Source: an uncultured bacterium | Lineage (GTDB): Bacteria > Bacteroidota > Ignavibacteria > UBA10030 > BY39 | Assembly: GCA_937967455.1 (NCBI GenBank) | Contig: CALCJK010000013.1 | Location: 6,302-70,301, forward strand | Length of the DNA: 64,000 nt | Reading direction: 5' to 3' | In this document: one piece after another, positions 1 to 9,825 of the stretch | How positions within the stretch are numbered: the first letter of the stretch is position 1 | Layout: each line of letters opens with the position of its first letter | Translations under genes and position numbers: made by a program | The notes under the pieces: model-generated | Told to the model about the DNA's origin: nothing | Seen by the model: only the letters and a program-made list of their open reading frames with translations | Database searches by the model: none

Positions 1-763
1 CCATCCTTGAAAGTTTTAGAAAAGGTAACTGATTTTTTGTATAACCAAGAGATTCAAGAAGGTATTCATAAAACAATTGTTCCCAGTGTTTTATATTAGT
101 GAAATCTTTCTGATCGAATTCGACTTCAAAGTTTGGAAGATCTTCTATATTAATTTCGTATGAAACCCCTTCATATTTAATTATAGGTTCCTTAAGTTTT
201 TCAAAGCGAATTAATTCTTTTAGTCTTTCGTCCATTCTGCGAACCTTGTATTCAAGGCGTTCGACTGAAAGTTTAATTAACCAGTCTTTTAAAAAATTAT
301 CTGAAATATTTTTGTTTTTATCACGACATTTTAATTGTGTAAATTCCTGAATCGGTTCTTTGTAAATTTCCTCATAAATATTTTCAATTATTGATTCATT
401 GATGTATGGTTGTAGAATTAATGTTGGAATAATCCTGTTTGATTTTGTTGTTGTTTTGTATTGAACTTTATCTGGTGTTGAAGAATAAACGATGTGTAAT
501 ATCACTCTATTATATTTTGAATCTCTGTCGTGTTGATGGGTTTTCCAATCTGTGGTATTCATATGAATTTCGATATCACCAACATAGAGTTTATCGCCAA
601 TGTAAATTTTTGCGTTTAGAAAATCTGGACCACCATCAGGATTGCTTTTCCCTGTATAGACAACTTTTACTATTTTCCCGTCGGAAGTTAAAAGTGGTGT
701 GTTAATAAAATTTTGATTTTTCCAGATCCTCCTGAGAATTTTTTCAGAAATTTTTATCTTCAT
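1..763 (-). CDS. DUF2851 family protein (5' part; runs off the window start)
   Basis: Minus-strand ATG at 763 preceded by AAGGAGG. Hand translation MKIKISEKILRRIWKNQNFINTPLLTSDGKIVKVVYTGKSNPDGGPDFLNAKIYIGDKLYVGDIEIHMNTTDWK matches the N-terminal signature of DUF2851 proteins. The reading frame stays open toward position 1 but is not in the supplied ORF track. Confidence 0.55.
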   Translation of the reverse strand, partial: MKIKISEKILRRIWKNQNFINTPLLTSDGKIVKVVYTGKSNPDGGPDFLNAKIYIGDKLYVGDIEIHMNTTDWKTHQHDRDSKYNRVILHIVYSSTPDKVQYKTTTKSNRIIPTLILQPYINESIIENIYEEIYKEPIQEFTQLKCRDKNKNISDNFLKDWLIKLSVERLEYKVRRMDERLKELIRFEKLKEPIIKYEGVSYEINIEDLPNFEVEFDQKDFTNIKHWEQLFYEYLLESLGYTKNQLPFLKLSRM

Positions 764-799
764 TATATCGCCTCCTTAGTTTAAAGATAAAAAATTCAG

Positions 800-1621
800 T
801 TACTTGTAATATTTGTTTCTATAAGAATTAATTTCAGTTGAGTATTTCTCTGCCGATTTTCTAATATTTTCTTGAAAGTTTTTTGTTTCTGCTGGAAAAA
901 TTATTGAGCGACCAACATTAATTATTGCATTATATCCATCTGTTGAGCAACCGTATTTAATCGTTTTCTCCAGGTCACCTTTTTGAACGCCAATACCTGG
1001 AATAAGAAATGGCATCTCAGGTAGGAGTGTTCTTAATTTTTTTAATTCCCCTATATGAGTTGCTCCTGCAACCAATCCAATATTGTTTTTAGTGTTCCAT
1101 TTTTTTGCTTTTAATGCTACATGCTCAAAGAGTGGTTTTCCAGAAAAACTTAAGTGCTGAAAATCTTCTGAACCGGGATTTGAGGTAATGCATAGTATAA
1201 ATATACCTTTTTCTGAATAATTGATAAATGGTTCTATAGCATCAAAACCCATATATGGATTTACTGTTGCTGCATCGAAATTAAAATGTTTAAATAAAGT
1301 ATCGGCTTGTTTTTGAGCTGTATTGCCGATGTCGCCACGCTTGCCGTCGGCAATTTTGATAACTTCCTCAGGTATCAATTCCAGAGTTTTTTCTAATGCT
1401 TGCATCCCATCGTTACCTGTTTCTTCATAGAACGCCAGGTTTAATTTGTAAGCACAAACTAAATCTTTAGTAGCTTGGATAATTAAGCTATTAAATTCTA
1501 ACTGTGGATTTTTTGATTTTTTTAAGAATTCTGGAATTCTATTTACATCAGAATCGAGTCCAATGCACAGTAGCGAGTTTTTTTCCTGCTGTGTTTTTAA
1601 AATTTTTTGATTAAAATTCAT
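800..1621 (-). CDS. pyrF: orotidine 5'-phosphate decarboxylase, type 2
   Basis: ORF 800-1669. Internal Met (MNFNQKILKTQQEKNSLLCIGLDSD) is the likely true start. The LCIGLD motif and ~270 aa length fit type-2 OMP decarboxylase. Confidence 0.85.
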   Translation of the reverse strand: MNFNQKILKTQQEKNSLLCIGLDSDVNRIPEFLKKSKNPQLEFNSLIIQATKDLVCAYKLNLAFYEETGNDGMQALEKTLELIPEEVIKIADGKRGDIGNTAQKQADTLFKHFNFDAATVNPYMGFDAIEPFINYSEKGIFILCITSNPGSEDFQHLSFSGKPLFEHVALKAKKWNTKNNIGLVAGATHIGELKKLRTLLPEMPFLIPGIGVQKGDLEKTIKYGCSTDGYNAIINVGRSIIFPAETKNFQENIRKSAEKYSTEINSYRNKYYK

Positions 1622-1623
1622 AT

Positions 1624-3669
1624 TTATTTTTGCCACTGTTTTAGCCAGTCCAGCATTGTTTGATACCATAATTCAATATTTTGTGGCTTCATTATCCAAT
1701 GTCCTTCATCAGGAAACCAGAGGAATTTTGATGGAATGCCTCTGCGTTGAAGTGCTGTAAATAGTTCCATACCTTGTTGAATTGGGACACGGAAATCCAG
1801 CTCTCCATGTGTTATTAAAGTTGGAGTTTTAAAATTTTTAGCAAGGTAATTTGGTGACCATTTTAAATATAATTCAGGATTTTCCCATGGAGTGCCACCC
1901 ATTTCCCATTCTGGGAACCAGAGCTCTTCTGTTGTTCCATACATTGCTTCTAAATTATAAACACCAGCATGAGTTATTAAAGCAGCAAAACGATCGGTGT
2001 TTCCCAAAATCCAGTTAACCATATAGCCACCGAAACTCCCACCATATGCATATAATCGGTTGGGATCGATATAGCCAGTTGAAATCATATAATCTACTGC
2101 TTTCATCAAACTGATGTAACAATTTCCACCCCAATCTTTGCTGATAGCTTCAACAAATTTTTGTCCGTAACCAGGGCTACCTTCTGGATTTGTAAACATG
2201 ACAACATAACCGGCTCCAGGAAATACTTGCCAATCGGCTCTAAAAGCATTTCCAAACATTTGTTGAGGGCCGCCATGAATGATTAGCAATAATGGATATT
2301 TTTTTGATGGATTGAAATCCGGTGGTTTAACGATCCATCCATGCACTTTACCATCTGCACCATCAAACCAAACTTCTTCTCCTTTAGCTAATTTTACTTC
2401 GTTAAAAAAGTTTTTATTAATGTTTGTAACCTGTTTTAATTCTAGTTTCTTCAAATCGAAAGTAAAAATTTCATTTGGCTTGGATATTTCTCTGCGAGTA
2501 AAAGTGAGAAAATTTCCATTTTTGGATATACGCAGATTTTCATGCCAGAAGGGTCCGCCAAGAACCGTCTGGATCGTGCGGTCTAAGGTAATAGAGTAAA
2601 TAGATATATTGCCTTTTACTTCGGCGGAGAAATAAATTTTCTTTGAGTCATTACTCCAGACGAGGTCGTCAACCCAATTATCAAAATTGCTTTCGTCAGT
2701 TAAAATTTTTGTTTCGCCAGTAATTTTATTATATAAAAGTATGCGCCAGAGATCAGATTCATATCCGTAAGTTTTCTGCGAGCGATATGCAATGTATTTC
2801 CCATCTGGAGAATAACGAGGTGAAACATCAGCTCCCTGACTAATACTGATTTTTCGTGGTTCACCACCAGTTACTGGTATTACATAAATATCGTTATTTG
2901 TACTTTCTGCCAACTTTTTATCCATATTAGTACTAAAAGCAATCTCTTTCCCATCTGGTGAAATTTGTAAATCTTCATTTCCGTTTAACGCAATTGGAGG
3001 TATAGTGAATTTGCCATTCGTCAATTGTTTTATATTTTTCCCGTCGATATCTGTTTGAAAGATGTGGTTTCTTGTTTCATTAATCCACACATTCCAGTGT
3101 CTATATAGCAGTTCATCAATTATTCTGGCTTGTATTTTACTTTCTGATTTTTCTCTGTTTTTTGTTTCATTACAGATTTTATCTTTTGACCAATCTCCAG
3201 TATAACATTCTGGGAAAATGTTTGAAAGGAAAAATAGAGATTTTCCATCTGGAGCCCAGATGTGATTTGAAGTTCCTGAAGGCATTGATGTAATTTTTTT
3301 TGCTTCACCACCCTGCACATTTATCAAATAAATTTGTGGTGAGCCATCTCGAGTTGATTGGAATGCTATATACTTTCCATCTGGTGACCATCTTGGCCTT
3401 TCATCAGCTTTTGGACTATTTGTAAGCTGGAATAATTCACCACTCAATGTTGATACAAGCCATATGTCACTATTGCTGCTATTTTTTTCTTTGTTTATTG
3501 TTGTAGCGGTAAAAGCAATCCATTTGCCATCCGGTGAGATTTGTGGATCTGAAACTCGTGTAAACTTAAAAATGTCATCAATTTCAAATAATCTTTTTTC
3601 TTGTGCAAAAACATTTGCGAAGATCAGTAATAAAAATAGAGTTATTTTAATTTGTGTTTTATATTTCAT
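1624..3669 (-). CDS. secreted S9 family serine peptidase (prolyl oligopeptidase / acylaminoacyl-peptidase-like) with N-terminal beta-propeller
   Basis: N-terminal signal peptide. Repeated SPDGK propeller blades. C-terminal alpha/beta hydrolase with catalytic GGSFGGYM (GxSxGG) and a DFRVP...H triad context. Confidence 0.85.
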   Translation of the reverse strand: MKYKTQIKITLFLLLIFANVFAQEKRLFEIDDIFKFTRVSDPQISPDGKWIAFTATTINKEKNSSNSDIWLVSTLSGELFQLTNSPKADERPRWSPDGKYIAFQSTRDGSPQIYLINVQGGEAKKITSMPSGTSNHIWAPDGKSLFFLSNIFPECYTGDWSKDKICNETKNREKSESKIQARIIDELLYRHWNVWINETRNHIFQTDIDGKNIKQLTNGKFTIPPIALNGNEDLQISPDGKEIAFSTNMDKKLAESTNNDIYVIPVTGGEPRKISISQGADVSPRYSPDGKYIAYRSQKTYGYESDLWRILLYNKITGETKILTDESNFDNWVDDLVWSNDSKKIYFSAEVKGNISIYSITLDRTIQTVLGGPFWHENLRISKNGNFLTFTRREISKPNEIFTFDLKKLELKQVTNINKNFFNEVKLAKGEEVWFDGADGKVHGWIVKPPDFNPSKKYPLLLIIHGGPQQMFGNAFRADWQVFPGAGYVVMFTNPEGSPGYGQKFVEAISKDWGGNCYISLMKAVDYMISTGYIDPNRLYAYGGSFGGYMVNWILGNTDRFAALITHAGVYNLEAMYGTTEELWFPEWEMGGTPWENPELYLKWSPNYLAKNFKTPTLITHGELDFRVPIQQGMELFTALQRRGIPSKFLWFPDEGHWIMKPQNIELWYQTMLDWLKQWQK

Positions 3670-3688
3670 TTCAAAACTCCTGAGTTAT

Positions 3689-5740
3689 TTACTTTTTCAA
3701 ATATTTGTTGAGCCATTCGAAAACAGTTTTATGCCAGAGTTCACTATTAAGCGGTTTAAGTACTCCATGACCTTCATCAGGAAAATAAAGAAATCTTGAT
3801 TCTATGCCCATTCTTTGAAGGGTTGTAAAGAGTTGCATGCCTTCTGTAACAGGGACTCTATAATCAAGTTCATTATGAATAATCAACATTGGAGTTTTGT
3901 ATTTGAGAAGATTCAAAGCATATTTATGAGGAGAGAATTTATCATAAGCTTGTGGATTATCCCAAGGTGTACCGCTGTGTTCCCATTCATCGAACCAAAC
4001 TTCGTCAGTTGTGCCGTACATTGAATAAAAGTTCCAGATACTAGCATGAGTTATTATTGTTTTAAATTTATTTGTATGGGTTGCAAACCAGTTCATCATA
4101 TATCCACCATATGAAGCACCAGCAGCAGCCATTTTAGTTGGATCTACAAAATTTAGCTTTTCAACATATTCAATACCTTTTATTAAATCTTCATAAACTT
4201 TTCCACCCCAATCGCCTGTTATCTCGTTTACAAATTTTTGTCCAAAACCTGTAGAGCCACGAGGGTTTGGAGCAAATATAACATAATTTTGAGCAGCCCA
4301 TAGTTGTGGATTCCATCTATAATGCCAGCCATTTTCCCAAGCACCCTGTGGTCCACCATGTACGAGAAAAACTAAAGGATACTTTTTGTTAGGATCAAAA
4401 AATGGTGGTTTTATTAACCATGCCTGTATTGGAGTTCCATCTGCACCAGTGTATGTTATACTTTCAGCAGAAGAAAATGTAATGTTCGAAAATAAACTAT
4501 CGTTAAATGATGTAAGTTTTAATAAATTTTTTCCATCTATAGTTGATGAAAAGATTTCAATTGGCTTTTCAAGAGTTTGTCTGGTAAAGAATAGAAATTT
4601 TCCATCTGGAGAAATATGAATATCTGCATTTACTCCACCATTAACTATTTTGTTGATCTTATTTGTTTTTATGTCGATAGAATAAATTTGTTGGTTAGCG
4701 TTTTCTTCAGCGGGGAAAAATATTTTGCTGTCATCAGGTGACCACTGAAATGCTAAAACCCAGGAATCAAAACTTTCCGATAAGTTTTTGTGTGTACTGG
4801 TAGCTCTATCGTAAAGCATTAAATCCCATTTGTCGGCTTCAAATCCAGGTACTTTTTGAGCTCTATAAGCAATATATTTTCCATTTTTTGAGTAGCGTGG
4901 ATATCCATCGGCAGCTGGGTTTGTGGTTATTTGTTTTCGTGTTCTACCATCGATGCTAACAGTGAATATATCATGATTTGTGTTCCATGCTTCATTTTCA
5001 GCTGGTGCTGCTGTGTAAGCAATCTCTTTTCCGTCAGGTGAGAAGCAAAATTCATCACCTGCAGAAAATGTGGAAGATGTAGGTACAGCATCTCTATCAC
5101 CTGGTGTTAAGTTTTTTATTTCTTTGTTTTCAAGTGTAATCAGAAAAATATGTTGGCGTTTGTCTTCAACCCAGGTGTTCCAGTGCCTGTAAAGTAATTT
5201 TGTTATTATACGAGCTTTAGTTTTACTTTTTTCTTCGTCTTTATTTTTGTTTAATTCGTTGGCCTCAATGAAAGGTTTATCTGAAAATTCTGGATAGACA
5301 GATGACACAAAAGCAATCATTTTGCCATCGGGAGACCAAACTGGCTGTGAAGCACCTGTGTAAATATCTGTAAGTTGTTTTGCTTCACCAACAAATGGAT
5401 TAATCAACCATATTTGTGGAATTCCTGAGCGTGTTGACACGAAAGCAAGCGTTTTTCCATCTGGCGACCAGCGAGGATTATTATCATTTGCTGGACTTGT
5501 TGTTATGCGGCGTGCTTCACCACCACTTGAAGAAATTAGAAAAATATCACTGTTCATTTTGTTTTCATTTTTTATAACTTCGGTAACTACAAATGCAATC
5601 CATTTTCCATCCGGTGATAATTGTGGATCTGAAACTCTTTTAATACGAAACATATCCTCAATTTCCATCGCTCTTTTTTCCTGTGAAGTAGCGATTGATG
5701 AAACCAAAATAATTATCAGTAAAAACTTTAAATATTTCAT
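3689..5740 (-). CDS. secreted S9 family serine peptidase, tandem paralog of the upstream gene
   Basis: Signal peptide, SPDGK repeats, GASYGGYM catalytic Ser motif, C-terminal His. Co-linear similarity to 1624-3669. Confidence 0.85.
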   Translation of the reverse strand: MKYLKFLLIIILVSSIATSQEKRAMEIEDMFRIKRVSDPQLSPDGKWIAFVVTEVIKNENKMNSDIFLISSSGGEARRITTSPANDNNPRWSPDGKTLAFVSTRSGIPQIWLINPFVGEAKQLTDIYTGASQPVWSPDGKMIAFVSSVYPEFSDKPFIEANELNKNKDEEKSKTKARIITKLLYRHWNTWVEDKRQHIFLITLENKEIKNLTPGDRDAVPTSSTFSAGDEFCFSPDGKEIAYTAAPAENEAWNTNHDIFTVSIDGRTRKQITTNPAADGYPRYSKNGKYIAYRAQKVPGFEADKWDLMLYDRATSTHKNLSESFDSWVLAFQWSPDDSKIFFPAEENANQQIYSIDIKTNKINKIVNGGVNADIHISPDGKFLFFTRQTLEKPIEIFSSTIDGKNLLKLTSFNDSLFSNITFSSAESITYTGADGTPIQAWLIKPPFFDPNKKYPLVFLVHGGPQGAWENGWHYRWNPQLWAAQNYVIFAPNPRGSTGFGQKFVNEITGDWGGKVYEDLIKGIEYVEKLNFVDPTKMAAAGASYGGYMMNWFATHTNKFKTIITHASIWNFYSMYGTTDEVWFDEWEHSGTPWDNPQAYDKFSPHKYALNLLKYKTPMLIIHNELDYRVPVTEGMQLFTTLQRMGIESRFLYFPDEGHGVLKPLNSELWHKTVFEWLNKYLKK

Positions 5741-5769
5741 TTTTTCCTCTTTTTAAATTTTAAATATCG

Positions 5770-6303
5770 CTAAAAATTTTTCCACATCATTGATTCAACA
5801 GGTTTGATTGTTTTTCTGTTGTATTTAGCTGATTTCTTTTTATTATAGGGCACTTCAATGTCGCCACTAATTTCAAAGTAAATAAGCTGACCTATCGGCA
5901 TGCCTGGATAAATAATCACTGGTTGTCTTACAGAAATTTCAAGCGTCCAGGTATTACAGAATCCGACATCTCCCTTTCCTGCAGTTGCATGGATGTCGAT
6001 ACCAAGTCTTCCAATACTCGATTTACCTTCTAAGAATGGAACAAAATTATGTGTTTCAGTATACTCTTTTGTAACACCCAGATAAAGCCTCGCTGGTAGT
6101 AGCAACATTCCACTTCTTGGAATTTTTAAGTATTGAACTTTATTATGTTTTTTTGAATCAAGAATATCATCAATATAAATTGCCATCCAATCTCCGAGAT
6201 GAACATCATAGCTATTTGAACCTAAATATTTACGGTTAAAAGGCTTAATTACAATATTACCTTTTTTGATTTCACTTAAAATTTTTTTATCGGATAGTAT
6301 CAT
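5770..6303 (-). CDS. dcd: dCTP deaminase
   Basis: 177 aa. GKSSIGRLGI and AKYNRK motifs align with E. coli Dcd (GRSSLARLGL, AKYRNQ). Confidence 0.85.
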   Translation of the reverse strand: MILSDKKILSEIKKGNIVIKPFNRKYLGSNSYDVHLGDWMAIYIDDILDSKKHNKVQYLKIPRSGMLLLPARLYLGVTKEYTETHNFVPFLEGKSSIGRLGIDIHATAGKGDVGFCNTWTLEISVRQPVIIYPGMPIGQLIYFEISGDIEVPYNKKKSAKYNRKTIKPVESMMWKNF

Positions 6304-6313
6304 AAATAAAATT

Positions 6314-7234
6314 TTAATCTATAAAAGTTAACCAGCTATATGGATCTTCGCCATTGCGTACGATATTGTAAAATTTTTCCTGTACCAACCTTGTAATTTT
6401 TCCTGGTTTTCCATTATCTATTTTTTGGTGATTAATATAGCATACAGGTGTAATTTCTGCCGCTGTGCCAGTCATAAATACCTCATTTGCAATCATTAAA
6501 ATTTCTCGTGGAATTGTTGTTTCAATAACCTCAATACCTTCATCTTTTAAAATCCTGATTACAGCAGCTCTAGTTATTCCTGGAAGTATTGCATCTGCAA
6601 TAGATGGCGTGTAAACTTTTCCATTTTTCACTATAAAAATATTTTCACCGCTACCTTCACTCACATTTCCATAAGCATCTAACGCAATCCCTTCGGCAAA
6701 TCCGTTTTCAAGTGCTTCAATTTTGATCAACTGAGAACTTAAATAATTCCCACCAGCTTTTGACATTGTTGGTATTGTGTTTGGAGCTAACCTTTGCCAG
6801 GAAGAAATACAGGCTGATATGCCATTTTTTATAGACTCTTCGCCTAAATATGCTGCCCATTCCCAAACCGCTATTGCGACTTCAACTGGATTTTTTAAGG
6901 GATTTAGCCCCATTTCTCCATAACCACGATAAACTACAGGTCGAATATAACAGCTCTTCAGTTTGTTACTTTTAATGAGTTTAAAAATTACTTTTTCGAG
7001 ATGATCAATTTTAAAGGGAATTTCTGTGTGATAGATTTTTGTAGAATCATAAAGGCGTTGAAGATGTGGTCTCAATTGAAAAATTGCAGATCCTTTTTTT
7101 GTGTCATAACACCTTATTCCCTCAAACCAGCTTGAACCATAATGAATAACATGTGATAATACGTGAATTTTTGCTTCATCCCATTTTACATATTTTCCAT
7201 TCATCCAGATTGTTTTAGATTTTTTAACTGACAT
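6314..7234 (-). CDS. ilvE: branched-chain amino acid aminotransferase (class IV PLP fold)
   Basis: 306 aa. N-terminal IWMNGKYVKWDEAKIHV and the EGIRCY motif are typical of IlvE. Confidence 0.85.
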   Translation of the reverse strand: MSVKKSKTIWMNGKYVKWDEAKIHVLSHVIHYGSSWFEGIRCYDTKKGSAIFQLRPHLQRLYDSTKIYHTEIPFKIDHLEKVIFKLIKSNKLKSCYIRPVVYRGYGEMGLNPLKNPVEVAIAVWEWAAYLGEESIKNGISACISSWQRLAPNTIPTMSKAGGNYLSSQLIKIEALENGFAEGIALDAYGNVSEGSGENIFIVKNGKVYTPSIADAILPGITRAAVIRILKDEGIEVIETTIPREILMIANEVFMTGTAAEITPVCYINHQKIDNGKPGKITRLVQEKFYNIVRNGEDPYSWLTFID

Positions 7235-7242
7235 ATTTTCCT

Positions 7243-8370
7243 CTAAAAGTTTTGTTGATAGATTCTATATTTTTTGTAAAGAATAGCATTCATCATCTCT
7301 GCACTGCGGTTCATCATAATATTGTCTTCGAGTACCCAACTTGCCTCACCCCAGTCGTATCCTTGTTTTAATGCTCTTACCGCAGTTTCATAAAAAAGGA
7401 ACCCAGCAGCTCCAGTTCTTTGATATTCTTTTAAAACACCGAGAGCAATAATTCTAATACCATTTATCTGTTTTTTATTTTTAATTAATCTAAACATTGC
7501 AGGTATTAACCATCCGCTTCTGTTGTATTTTAGAATTTGGTTGATATCAGGTAATGATAGTGCAAATCCGACTGGTTTTTTGTCAACTTCAGCAATTAAG
7601 ACCAGTTCCGGATCAACTATTGATTTTAAAGATTTTGCTAAGGTATCGAATTCTTCTTGGGTCATTTTCACCGCACCCCAGTTATATTGCCAAGCTTCGT
7701 TGTAAATTTTTTCGATAATTTTTACCTCATTATCAAATTCTTTCATATTAATTGTTCTGACAGATATATGATATCTATCTTGAACAAGATTAATTACTCT
7801 TTCAATTTTTTCTTTATCGAAAATATTATGGCTCAAATAATAAGCATATAGGTCTTTTATTTTTTGAAGACCAGCACCTTCAATTAATAATGGATAATAT
7901 GGCGGATTATATGGCATCATTACAACAGGCGATTTATCAAAGCCTTCGATGAGTAATCCATATTCATCGTTTACTGAAGGGTTAGCTGGACCTCTAATTA
8001 TTGAGATTTTTCTTTCTTTTAACCATTTCTTAGCAGTGTCAAATAAACTATTGGCAACATTCTGATCGTTAATGCATTCAAAGAACCCAAAAAAGCCAAT
8101 GTTTTCGTTGTGTTCTCTATTATGATTATGGTTAATGATTGCTGAAATTCTGCCGACAATTTCATTATTTTTGTATGCAAGGAAATACTCTGCTTCTGCA
8201 TGCTTGAAAAATGGGTTTTTGTTTTTGTCGAGTAAAAATTTTCTTTCGAAAATTAAAGGTGGAACCCAATAAAAGTTTTCTTTATATATCTTCCAGGGCA
8301 GTTTTATGAATTTTTTTAAATCGGTTTTTGTTCGAACCGTCTCGATATAGAGTTCTTTAGAATATGACAT
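7243..8370 (-). CDS. GNAT-like N-acyltransferase, candidate bacterial ceramide synthase (bCerS-like)
   Basis: 375 aa. The C-terminal half has an acyl-CoA N-acyltransferase-like motif (IIALGVLKEYQRTGAAGFLFYE). It lies 13 bp downstream of the SPT-like gene in the same orientation. The function is inferred from synteny with the Caulobacter spt/bcerS/cerR paradigm. Confidence 0.5.
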   Translation of the reverse strand: MSYSKELYIETVRTKTDLKKFIKLPWKIYKENFYWVPPLIFERKFLLDKNKNPFFKHAEAEYFLAYKNNEIVGRISAIINHNHNREHNENIGFFGFFECINDQNVANSLFDTAKKWLKERKISIIRGPANPSVNDEYGLLIEGFDKSPVVMMPYNPPYYPLLIEGAGLQKIKDLYAYYLSHNIFDKEKIERVINLVQDRYHISVRTINMKEFDNEVKIIEKIYNEAWQYNWGAVKMTQEEFDTLAKSLKSIVDPELVLIAEVDKKPVGFALSLPDINQILKYNRSGWLIPAMFRLIKNKKQINGIRIIALGVLKEYQRTGAAGFLFYETAVRALKQGYDWGEASWVLEDNIMMNRSAEMMNAILYKKYRIYQQNF

Positions 8371-8383
8371 TAAGAATGACGTA

Positions 8384-9739
8384 TTAGTTTATTAGACCTA
8401 ATTTTTTCCCTACTTTTATGAAGGCATCCAGAATTTGATCTAAATGTTCATCTTCGTGGGTTGCCATATAACTTGTACGCATCATCTGCATGCCTGGTGG
8501 TACACCTGGACTAATAAATGTATTTACGAACACTCCATTGTCAAATAACTCTTTCCAGAATTTAAATGCTAGTAAATCATCGCCGATGATTACGGGTATT
8601 ATTGCTGTTTGCCCATCTATTATTTTAAATCCAGCTTCCTTAAAGCCTTTGCGCATTTTATTAGAATTTTTAATTAATTTATCTATTCTTTCAGGTTCTC
8701 TTTCTAAAATTTCTAATGCTTTTAAAGCTGCAGCTACGGATGCTGGAGTTGGGCTAGCGCTGAAAATTAATGCTGAAGAATGATGTTTGAGATAATTGAT
8801 AACTCTTTCGGAACCTACAACAAAACCACCAAGCGAGGCAAATGTTTTGCTGAAAGTTCCAAAAGTTAAATCCACTTCATCTACAAGATTAAAATGGCTG
8901 GCTGTGCCACGCCCCCCTTTGCCAATTACTCCAACAGCGTGTGCATCATCAACTAAAATTCGAGCGTTATGCTTTTTAGCTATTGAAACAAGTCGTGGTA
9001 AATCTACAATATCGCCGGTTGTACTGAAAACTCCATCAGTTACAATTAATTTTCCGGCTTCGTATGGTATGCGTTTAATAACTCTTTCAAGATCGTCCAT
9101 GTCGTTGTGTTTATATCTCACAAACTCTGCTGACATACCTCTTGCCATAATAACTCCGGCAACAATGCTTGCATGATTATCTTTGTCTGTAATTATATAT
9201 TCACCTCTCTGAACCAATGTTGGGATTATACCTTGTGCAGTTTGATAACCAGTACTGAAGAGCAGACAAGCTTCCTTTCCCATAAACTTCGCGAGTTTAT
9301 ATTCAAACTCATTGTGAAGATCCAGTGTCCCTGTTAGATATCTTGAACCAGAACAACCTGTGCCATATTTTTCTATTGCTTTTATCGCTGCTTCTTTAAC
9401 TTCGGGGTGAGCGGTTAAACCGAGATAGTTGTTTGAGCCTGCCATTATGATTTTTCGACCTTCAATTTGTACAACAGGACCTTCGTTTTCTTCAATTGGT
9501 CTGAAGTATGGATATAATCCAGCAGCTTTTACTTCATCTGCACGTGTGAAGTTGAAACATTTTTCAAACAAATCGACAGGGACTTTCTTCTCAGGTATTT
9601 TACTTTCCTTAATTTCAGTTTCTGTTGTAACTTCTGATTTATTTCTCCAATTGAATTTTCCTTTAAAAGCATTTGCCCAATCCGACATACTTTTGCGCCA
9701 ATTGAAGAAATAAGGCCTTTCTCTAAAGCGATTTGGCAT
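8384..9739 (-). CDS. spt: serine palmitoyltransferase-like alpha-oxoamine synthase
   Basis: 451 aa. A long block ([61 protein letters not shown]...RYKHND...[18 protein letters not shown]...[24 protein letters not shown]...GTFSK) is near-collinear with Sphingomonas SPT and fits it better than KBL or BioF. The PLP lysine lies in TFSK. There is a ~60 aa basic/aromatic N-terminal extension. Confidence 0.8.
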   Translation of the reverse strand: MPNRFRERPYFFNWRKSMSDWANAFKGKFNWRNKSEVTTETEIKESKIPEKKVPVDLFEKCFNFTRADEVKAAGLYPYFRPIEENEGPVVQIEGRKIIMAGSNNYLGLTAHPEVKEAAIKAIEKYGTGCSGSRYLTGTLDLHNEFEYKLAKFMGKEACLLFSTGYQTAQGIIPTLVQRGEYIITDKDNHASIVAGVIMARGMSAEFVRYKHNDMDDLERVIKRIPYEAGKLIVTDGVFSTTGDIVDLPRLVSIAKKHNARILVDDAHAVGVIGKGGRGTASHFNLVDEVDLTFGTFSKTFASLGGFVVGSERVINYLKHHSSALIFSASPTPASVAAALKALEILEREPERIDKLIKNSNKMRKGFKEAGFKIIDGQTAIIPVIIGDDLLAFKFWKELFDNGVFVNTFISPGVPPGMQMMRTSYMATHEDEHLDQILDAFIKVGKKLGLIN

Positions 9740-9825
9740 TTATTTTTCTCCTAAAATGCTAATTTGTTTAGAACTTTTATTTTTAATATACTTTATATAT
9801 TTCAAAAAGTCAATCAATTACAATT

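Noticed and set aside
439-705. 88 aa plus-strand ORF
   Set aside because: It lies entirely inside the convincing minus-strand DUF2851 coding frame. The composition is implausible and no RBS is present.
2279-2599. Multiple 60-130 aa ORFs antisense to long genes (for example 2279-2599, 8490-9176, 15120-15512, 28665-28919, 34606-34917, 35351-35824, 52932-53198)
   Set aside because: All are embedded antisense in well-supported genes. They are typical shadow ORFs of AT-rich DNA.
8384-9739. Alpha-oxoamine synthase as BioF or Kbl rather than SPT
   Set aside because: The long conserved block matches SPT better. No biotin genes are nearby. The partner SDR lacks the GxxGQIG/TDH features expected of an SDR-type threonine dehydrogenase.
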